Positions 1 through 4,746 of a stretch of 4,746 bases of DNA are shown in pieces. Each line of letters starts with the position of its first letter. Within the stretch, counting starts at the first letter, position 1. Below the pieces are notes generated by a model that was not told the origin of the DNA, made no database searches, and was given only the letters and a program-made list of their open reading frames with translations. The stretch covers positions 1 to 4,746 of the IMG/VR virus record IMGVR_UViG_2703718769_000009, one strand, 5' to 3'. Origin of the DNA: a virus. Taxonomy: Duplodnaviria; Heunggongvirae; Uroviricota; Caudoviricetes. A program made the position numbers and the translations under genes.

Positions 1-261
1 AATGAGAAATACACGCGCTGGGTAAAGACACAGCCGTGTGCGTGTTGTGGTAAGCCTGCTGACGATCCGCATCACCTGATTGGTCATGGTCAGGGGGGAA
101 TGGGGACAAAGGCCCACGATATTTTCACGCTACCGTTGTGCCGGGAGCACCACAACGAACTTCATGCAGACCCGCTGGAGTTTGAGAAAAAGTACGGCTC
201 TCAGATTGAGTTAATTTTTCGTTTTCTTGATCACGCCTTTGCGACTGGCGTGCTCGGGTAA
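1..261 (+). CDS. 3' fragment of a phage nin-region protein with Cys/His-rich HNH-like zinc motif (DUF968/YdfU- or NinG-like); 5' end lies outside the window
   Basis: Frame 1 is open from position 1 to TAA at 259-261. Translation ...QPCACCGKPADDPHHLIGHGQGGMGTKAHDIFTLPLCREHHNELH... shows a CxxC...HH...C..HH pattern typical of HNH/zinc-ribbon phage proteins. It sits immediately upstream of rusA, as in lambdoid nin regions. Family name is from recollection, not a search. Confidence 0.6.
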   Translation, partial: NEKYTRWVKTQPCACCGKPADDPHHLIGHGQGGMGTKAHDIFTLPLCREHHNELHADPLEFEKKYGSQIELIFRFLDHAFATGVLG

Positions 262-273
262 AAGAGGTGACTG

Positions 274-633
274 ATGCTCATAGATTTGGTTTTACCTTAC
301 CCGCCGACGGTGAACACTTACTGGAGACGCCGTGGCAGCACATATTTTGTATCAAAAGCAGGGGAGCGTTATCGCCGGGCAGTGGCGCTTATTGTTCGCC
401 AGCAGCGACTGAAATTAAGCCTGTCCGGACGGCTGGCAATAAAAATTATTGCAGAGCCACCGGATAAGCGTCGTCGTGACCTGGACAATATTCTGAAAGC
501 ACCGCTGGATGCGCTGACGCATGCGGGAGTGCTTATTGATGACGAGCAGTTTGATGAAATCAATATTGTACGTGGTCAGCTTGTTCCTGGTGGTCGGTTG
601 GGTGTGAAGATTTACAAAATTGAGAGTGAGTGA
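274..633 (+). CDS. rusA: RusA-family Holliday junction resolvase (crossover junction endodeoxyribonuclease)
   Basis: 119 aa ORF with ATG at 274 preceded by GAGGTG (264-269). Size and sequence features (RRRDLDN, LDAL, GGRL) resemble E. coli RusA. Position between the nin-like gene and the Q-like gene matches lambdoid synteny. Confidence 0.85.
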   Translation: MLIDLVLPYPPTVNTYWRRRGSTYFVSKAGERYRRAVALIVRQQRLKLSLSGRLAIKIIAEPPDKRRRDLDNILKAPLDALTHAGVLIDDEQFDEINIVRGQLVPGGRLGVKIYKIESE

Positions 634-641
634 GCGTAAAT

Positions 642-1172
642 ATGATATATCCGGAAATGACAGGCAAAAGCGGCGAACATTTACGCCTGAACACGCTGGA
701 AGCAGTCTGGATCCAGGGGAAATTACGGATGTGGGGGCGGTGGTCGTATATCGGTGGGGGTAAATCCGGAAATATGTTTAACCGGTTACTGGTTTCGAAA
801 AAGCTGACGAAAACAGCAGTTAATGAGGTTTTACGCAGAATGAAGAAATCCGGGCTGGAAAAACCGGAACTTGAGGCATTTTTTTGGGATATGACCAGAG
901 GGAAGCAGAAGAGCTGGTTGTCACATTGTACAGACGCAGAAGCGTTGATTATTGATCGCGTTATCAGTGAGGTGCTTGGGGAATATCCCGGGCTAATCAA
1001 TGTTCTTCGGCAAAGGTACGAAGGCCGGGGAATGAGTAAGAGAAAAATGGCAGAATGTTTAAATCGTACTCACCCGGAATGGTGTTTCAGCACATGTGAG
1101 AAACGTATTGCAGGTTGGTTAGCCGTGGCTGAACACATGCTTTATGTACCTATGCACGATTCATTTCGATAA
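642..1172 (+). CDS. putative late-gene antiterminator (Q-like), assigned by synteny
   Basis: ORF directly after rusA and directly before a promoter-like site plus strong intrinsic terminator. Contains a Cys cluster (C-x8-C-x3-C with a nearby His) that could bind zinc. Start is uncertain: GTG 630 overlaps the rusA stop (GTGA), ATG 642 and ATG 657 are alternatives. I cannot align it to lambda Q or 933W Q from memory. Confidence 0.55.
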   Translation: MIYPEMTGKSGEHLRLNTLEAVWIQGKLRMWGRWSYIGGGKSGNMFNRLLVSKKLTKTAVNEVLRRMKKSGLEKPELEAFFWDMTRGKQKSWLSHCTDAEALIIDRVISEVLGEYPGLINVLRQRYEGRGMSKRKMAECLNRTHPEWCFSTCEKRIAGWLAVAEHMLYVPMHDSFR

Positions 1173-1178
1173 AAAAGC

Positions 1179-1207
1179 TTGCTTTTTTACGCAGAAACAG
1201 CTTTAAT
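1179..1207 (+). promoter_or_regulatory. candidate sigma70 late promoter (pR'-like): -35 TTGCTT, 17 bp spacer, -10 TTTAAT
   Basis: TTGCTT at 1179-1184 and TTTAAT at 1202-1207, located 7 bp after the Q-like stop and about 60-80 nt upstream of a strong terminator, as for pR'/tR' in lambdoid phages. Confidence 0.35.
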
Positions 1208-1265
1208 TCCTGTAAGCTTGGCAAAGCTGTATCGCGAGGCGAAACGCAAGTTTTTTTTCGCACAA

Positions 1266-1291
1266 GGAAGCCACCTGAAGGTGGTTTTTTT
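1266..1291 (+). terminator. intrinsic terminator, tR'-like
   Basis: Stem GCCACC (1270-1275), loop TGAA, stem GGTGG (1280-1284), followed by T7 (1285-1291). A T8 tract at 1251-1258 sits just upstream. Confidence 0.7.
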
Positions 1292-1414
1292 GTGTCTGCA
1301 ATATACAGCAGCGCCATAAATTCGCTGGTGGTTATTAATACAGTTCTTTCAGCTTGCTGGCTTTTTCGACAAGAGTTATTGGTGTGTCACGTTAACCGGA
1401 AAAGGGAAAAAGGC

Positions 1415-1612
1415 ATGCTAAAACAGCAGGATATGACAGAAACCGCCAGAGTGGTGTTTGATGAATTAAGCGTCACCGAACCGGCGACAGTCGGGGAGAT
1501 TGCGCAGAATACTTACCTTTCACGCGAACGTTGCCAGTTAATACTGACTCAGCTTGTTATGGCGGGTCTGGCAGACTATCAGTTCGGTTGTTACAGACGC
1601 CTTCAGTCCTGA
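1415..1612 (+). CDS. small hypothetical protein (65 aa), possible helix-turn-helix regulator
   Basis: ATG at 1415 preceded by the purine-rich AAAGGGAAAAAGG. Translation MLKQQDMTETARVVFDELSVTEPATVGEIAQNTYLSRERCQLILTQLVMAGLADYQFGCYRRLQS has an HTH-like segment (TVGEIAQNTYLSRERCQLIL). The longer 106 aa version in the ORF track starts at GTG 1292 inside the terminator T-run and has a junk-like N-terminus. Confidence 0.5.
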   Translation: MLKQQDMTETARVVFDELSVTEPATVGEIAQNTYLSRERCQLILTQLVMAGLADYQFGCYRRLQS

Positions 1613-1622
1613 AGGCTTTTTT
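1599..1622 (+). terminator. intrinsic terminator overlapping the stop codon of the small ORF
   Basis: Stem GCCTTCA (1599-1605), loop GTCC, stem TGAAGGC (1610-1616), followed by TTTTTT (1617-1622). The TGA stop (1610-1612) lies inside the 3' arm. Confidence 0.6.
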
Positions 1623-1761
1623 ATTTGTGGTAAATGGGCGGCTGGTGGTGTTAGGGGCACTCACCAGCCATCTGCTCATGCTTCAGGATCACAAGCAAAC
1701 CTCAGGCCCACTGCTTTGCGCAAAAGCAGAATGAGCCTATCAGAGACAGGCTTAATGATCC

Positions 1762-2838
1762 ATGCTTAATACTGTAAAAATACCCAGTTGTGAGTTAATC
1801 AACGCTGACTGCCTGGAATTTATCCAGACCTTACCTGAAAACTCTGTCGATCTGATAGTCACAGACCCGCCATACTTTAAAGTAAAACCCAATGGCTGGG
1901 ATAACCAGTGGAAGGGCGATGAAGATTACCTGAAGTGGCTGGACCTGTGTCTGGCGCAGTTCTGGCGGGTATTAAAGCCCGCGGGAAGCATTTACCTGTT
2001 CTGTGGGCATCGCCTGGCATCGGATATCGAAATCATGATGCGTGAGCGCTTCAGTGTGCTGAACCACATTATCTGGGCGAAGCCGTCCGGACGATGGAAC
2101 GGGTGCAATAAAGAAAGCCTGCGGGCGTATTTCCCGGCCACAGAGCGTATTCTGTTCGCGGAACATTATCAGGGGCCGTACCGCCCGAAAGATGATGGCT
2201 ATGAGGCGAAGGGCAGGGCACTGAAACAGCATGTGATAGCCCCGCTGATTTCTTACTTTCGTGATGCGCGTGCAGCCCTGGGGATAACGGCAAAACAGAT
2301 AGTGGATGCCACGGGCAAGAAAAATATGGCGTCGCACTGGTTTAGTGCCAGTCAGTGGCAGTTACCGAACGAAAGCGATTATCTGAAATTGCAGGCGCTG
2401 TTTGCCAGGGTGGCAGAAGAGAAGCATCAGCGCGGAGAACTGGACAAGCCCCATCACCAACTGGTCAGCACATACAGTGAACTGAACCAGCAGTATACGG
2501 AACTGCAGAGTGAATATAAGCATCTGCGGCGGTATTTCGGTGTGACGGTGCAGGTGCCGTACACCGATGTGTGGACTCATAAACCGGTGCAGTACTATCC
2601 AGGGAAACATCCGTGCGAAAAACCGGCAGAAATGCTGCGGCAGATAATCTGCGCGAGCAGTCGTCCGGGTGACCTGGTGGCGGATTTTTTCATGGGTTCT
2701 GGCTCAACCATAAAAGCAGCTATGGCGCTCGGGCGTCGTGCAACTGGTGTTGAACTGGAGGCAGAACGTTTTGCGCAGACCGTTAAGGAGATTAGTCACA
2801 TCCTTACATGCTCAATTGATGACGGGAAGGATGGATAA
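1762..2838 (+). CDS. beta-class DNA methyltransferase (N6_N4_Mtase type, probably N6-adenine); no adjacent restriction endonuclease, so apparently an orphan
   Basis: 358 aa ORF. Motif IV TDPPY at aa 34-38 (nt 1861-1875) near the N-terminus. Near the C-terminus, HPCEKP followed by DLVADFFMGSGST (AdoMet-binding motif I). Motif IV before motif I indicates beta class; DPPY rather than SPPY favours N6-adenine. A ~260 aa region between the motifs would be the target-recognition domain. Confidence 0.9.
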   Translation: MLNTVKIPSCELINADCLEFIQTLPENSVDLIVTDPPYFKVKPNGWDNQWKGDEDYLKWLDLCLAQFWRVLKPAGSIYLFCGHRLASDIEIMMRERFSVLNHIIWAKPSGRWNGCNKESLRAYFPATERILFAEHYQGPYRPKDDGYEAKGRALKQHVIAPLISYFRDARAALGITAKQIVDATGKKNMASHWFSASQWQLPNESDYLKLQALFARVAEEKHQRGELDKPHHQLVSTYSELNQQYTELQSEYKHLRRYFGVTVQVPYTDVWTHKPVQYYPGKHPCEKPAEMLRQIICASSRPGDLVADFFMGSGSTIKAAMALGRRATGVELEAERFAQTVKEISHILTCSIDDGKDG

Positions 2839-2949
2839 AGATATGGTCAGTTCAGGCTGTGAAGCAAGTAGACAGATAAGGCTACAATAAAAACTGACAA
2901 TAGTAAAATAGCTTTTTCCCAGGTAGTCATGAATACGATCTCTTAAAGC

Positions 2950-2969
2950 GCCCGCTGATACCAGCGGGC
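2950..2969. other. perfect 8 bp GC-rich stem-loop (GCCCGCTG-ATAC-CAGCGGGC) about 110 nt downstream of the methyltransferase stop
   Basis: Exact inverted repeat read from the sequence. No U-tract follows on the + strand; only a short TTT on the - strand. Confidence 0.5.
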
Positions 2970-3231
2970 AATACATACTGGCATTAATGTTAAGTTCAGG
3001 GATAATTCATCGTATTTTGTGGTACGACGCTATCAATGTTAATAAACAGTATTTTTCATGTAAAATTTCTGTTTTTTTGATCTGATTCTCGTTTCCTGGG
3101 TTATGATGTTGTTGTGAACCATGCTGTTGAATGATAATGTTCGGGTATAAAATTGTTGCTGATATGTAGCGCAGTGAGCAGGTGGTATTTCTGTTGCTGA
3201 GTGTACGGATACAGTGCTTCCCTCCCTCAGC

Positions 3232-3240
3232 GGGGGGGGG
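3232..3240. repeat. G9 homopolymer tract, preceded by a complementary C/T-rich run (3217-3227)
   Basis: ggggggggg at 3232-3240. The upstream CTTCCCTCCCT can pair with it in + strand RNA through C-G and U-G pairs. Confidence 0.6.
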
Positions 3241-3610
3241 AAGGTGTGCTGTGGTTTTAGAAACACCGGAAACGAGAATGATGCGGGTTTGCTGGTGCCG
3301 GGATAGAGTCGCCGGAGGTCATGACATAGAGCAAAAAAGGAATGTGCATGCAAATACACACCTCTTCGGAGAGCTCTTCTTTATATGGATGAGCCTCAAG
3401 GTCAATAGTTCATCTGTTATGTATTCATATGTTGTTACTTATATAATCCATACGGGCATATCATCAGTACACACATACTATTATGGCATTTTATTTTTGT
3501 TTTAACTGAATTCCCGGGGCACTCTTTTTGATTTCTGATAAGGAACCAGAATTTTCTGTTAAATGGTGTCACGTTGTAAATGGTTAATGGAAGCAGCTTA
3601 TTATCCATAA

Positions 3611-3634
3611 TCACACCTGAGTTAACAGGTGTGA
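3611..3634. repeat. perfect 9 bp inverted repeat TCACACCTG-AGTTAA-CAGGTGTGA; candidate operator or RNA hairpin
   Basis: Arms 3611-3619 and 3626-3634 are exact reverse complements with a 6 nt spacer. No U-tract on either side. Confidence 0.55.
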
Positions 3635-3967
3635 GAATACTTCCGGGTGGCAGGAACACATCTGACTGATACCAGATTATCAACTTTATTTTACACCATA
3701 CAGTTGAAAACGTTATTCCGCTTGATGGGCATATCACTGTGTCAATAACTATCCATTCCATCTTTTAACCTTCTCGGTACACATTGCTTTCGATTGTTTT
3801 GCTAAAAATCATAGTCAATAAATCAGTGTAACTCATTGAAAAAGATCGTTTTCTTTGTCTTCCTGGGGTTTTCTTTTCTATTTTGTATCACTTTGGTTCA
3901 AGTTGTTTCATTTTTTTGTAATACAAATTAGCAGGATGAGCGGGAATATAAAAAAAATCGGATGTTT

Positions 3968-3995
3968 TTGTAACGGATATTATTTTTTGTAAAAT
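3968..3995 (+). promoter_or_regulatory. candidate sigma70 promoter for the downstream esterase gene: -35 TTGTAA, 16 bp spacer, -10 TAAAAT
   Basis: TTGTAA at 3968-3973 and TAAAAT at 3990-3995, about 65 nt upstream of ATG 4062. Embedded in three direct copies of TTTTTGTAA (3913-3921, 3965-3973, 3984-3992). Confidence 0.3.
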
Positions 3996-4061
3996 AATGT
4001 ATTTTTATTTAAATCTCTCTCAGAAAAGAATTTATTGTTCCTTTATATGGTGGAAAAGGTC

Positions 4062-4746
4062 ATGGTATTTAAACACTACGATGTGGTCAGGGCGGCGTCG
4101 CCGTCAGACCTTGCTGAACGACTGACACAAAAACTGAAGGAGGGGTGGCAGCCATTTGGCAGTCCGGTGGCCATCACGCCTTATACACTGATGCAGGCCA
4201 TTGCCGCAGAGGGTGATGTGACCACGCCTGTGGTTGTGCCCGACACAGGGGCTGGTGGCTCTCCGGGAGTGGCTACCACTGAACCGGAGTATTACTACGT
4301 TATTCCCCTGGCCGGGCAGTCGAACGGTATGTCCTATGGTGAGGGGCTTCCTCTGCCGGAGACCTATGATCGCCCTGACTCCCGTATTAAGCAGCTGGCG
4401 CGTCGCAGCACTGTGACGCCGGGTGGTGATACCTGTGCATACAATGACGTTATTCAGGCAGACCACTGTCTGCATGACGTCATTGATATGAGTGGATTCA
4501 ACCACCCACGGGCCGACCTGACAAAGGGGCAGTATGGTTGTGTGGGGCAGGGGCTGCATATTGCCAAAAAGCTTCTGCCGTTCATTCCGGTAAATGCAGG
4601 TATTCTCCTGGTTCCGTGCTGTCGTGGTGGCTCAGCATTCACCTCCGGAGATGATGGCGCATTTACTGAGTCTACCGGTGCTTCCGCCAGCTCAGCCCGA
4701 TGGGGAGTGGGTAAACCGTTGTATCAGGATTTTCTCTTCCGTACAA
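4062..4746 (+). CDS. nanS-p: 5' part of a prophage 9-O-acetyl-sialate esterase-like protein (NanS-p-like; DUF1737-type N-terminus plus SGNH/SASA esterase domain); 3' end lies outside the window
   Basis: ATG 4062 with GGTGG 8 nt upstream; frame open to the window end (228+ codons). Translation MVFKHYDVVRAASPSDLAERLTQKLKEGWQPFGSPVAITPYTLMQ... then YYYVIPLAGQSNGMSYG with the GQSN catalytic-serine block (nt 4314-4325). GC-rich with E. coli-like codon usage. Not in the ORF track because it has no stop in the window. In Stx phages this gene family lies directly downstream of stxB. Confidence 0.75.
   Translation, partial: MVFKHYDVVRAASPSDLAERLTQKLKEGWQPFGSPVAITPYTLMQAIAAEGDVTTPVVVPDTGAGGSPGVATTEPEYYYVIPLAGQSNGMSYGEGLPLPETYDRPDSRIKQLARRSTVTPGGDTCAYNDVIQADHCLHDVIDMSGFNHPRADLTKGQYGCVGQGLHIAKKLLPFIPVNAGILLVPCCRGGSAFTSGDDGAFTESTGASASSARWGVGKPLYQDFLFRT

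Larger units (their letters stand above)
2839..4061. other. AT-rich, ORF-poor island between the methyltransferase and the esterase gene; likely non-coding or regulatory, or decayed cargo
   Basis: Sharp drop in GC relative to both flanking genes. The only ORFs are three ~106-108 aa frames on mixed strands with implausible composition. Contains several GC-rich hairpins and a G9 tract. Confidence 0.6.

Noticed and set aside
369-1000. Minus-strand ORFs 369-563 (64 aa) and 560-1000 (146 aa), and + strand ORF 267-467
   Set aside because: They lie entirely within the well-supported rusA and Q-like genes, have no RBS, and have low-complexity Ser/Arg/Cys-rich translations typical of antisense or out-of-frame reading.
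1292-1414. Extended 106 aa version of the small ORF starting at GTG 1292
   Set aside because: GTG 1292 sits inside the U-tract of the tR'-like terminator, and the added N-terminal 41 residues (MSAIYSSAINSLVVINTVLSACWLF...) look non-protein-like. The internal ATG 1415 with a purine-rich leader is more plausible.
1531-1769. + strand ORFs 1531-1734 (67 aa) and 1554-1769 (71 aa) in the small-ORF to methyltransferase spacer
   Set aside because: Out of frame with the small ORF, they span the terminator hairpin, have no RBS, and their translations are compositionally odd; most likely chance open frames.
1972-2610. Minus-strand ORFs 1972-2337, 2069-2293 and 2362-2610 inside the methyltransferase gene
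   Set aside because: Antisense to a CDS with clear methyltransferase motifs; no independent support.
3509-3522. GAATTCCCGGGG (adjacent EcoRI and SmaI sites) resembling a cloning-vector polylinker
   Set aside because: Only two adjacent sites with no further polylinker or vector sequence on either side; most likely coincidence in native sequence.
3039-3761. ORFs 3039-3359 (-), 3182-3505 (+) and 3435-3761 (-) in the AT-rich island, and mini-ORFs with SD-like leaders such as GGAGG-N3-ATG ACA TAG at 3313-3328
   Set aside because: Translations are rich in W/C/P/H with no recognisable domain, two start at GTG, they overlap each other on opposite strands, and none has a convincing RBS. The mini-ORFs are 2-18 codons and most likely chance. 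A frameshifted pseudogene cannot be excluded without a homology search.
2839-4061. tRNA genes, which lie between Q and stx in 933W-type phages
   Set aside because: I found no T-arm-like GGTTCGAATCC-type motif with a matching stem and no cloverleaf-compatible segment; the closest string (ggttcaagttg at 3895-3905) has no complementary stem.
4104-4642. ORFs 4104-4559 (-), 4454-4642 (-) and 4234-4416 (+) overlapping the nanS-p-like gene
   Set aside because: They overlap a + strand frame that is open to the window end and carries a recognisable esterase motif; their translations are Arg/Cys/His-rich, typical of spurious frames in GC-rich coding DNA.
1-4746. Shiga toxin genes (stxA/stxB), CRISPR arrays, IS elements or integrase
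   Set aside because: No ORF of appropriate size or sequence, no repeat-spacer periodicity, and no terminal inverted repeats or transposase-like ORF are visible; the stx-equivalent slot holds the methyltransferase module instead.

Overview
This window reads as the late-regulatory junction of a lambdoid, Stx-phage-like enterobacterial prophage, all on the + strand. It runs: 3' end of a Cys/His-rich nin-region gene, a RusA-family resolvase, a Q-like antiterminator (called by synteny only), a candidate late promoter with a strong intrinsic terminator (pR'/tR'-like), then a cargo module of a small HTH-like ORF plus a beta-class DNA methyltransferase (DPPY ... HPCEKP ... FFMGSGST). After that comes a ~1.2 kb AT-rich stretch with no convincing ORF but several strong hairpins and a G9 tract, and finally the 5' part of a nanS-p-like esterase (GQSN motif). 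The methyltransferase and AT-rich island sit where Shiga-toxin phages carry tRNAs and stxAB; no stx, tRNA, CRISPR or IS element is visible. All family assignments are from motifs and gene order read by eye, with no database search run.
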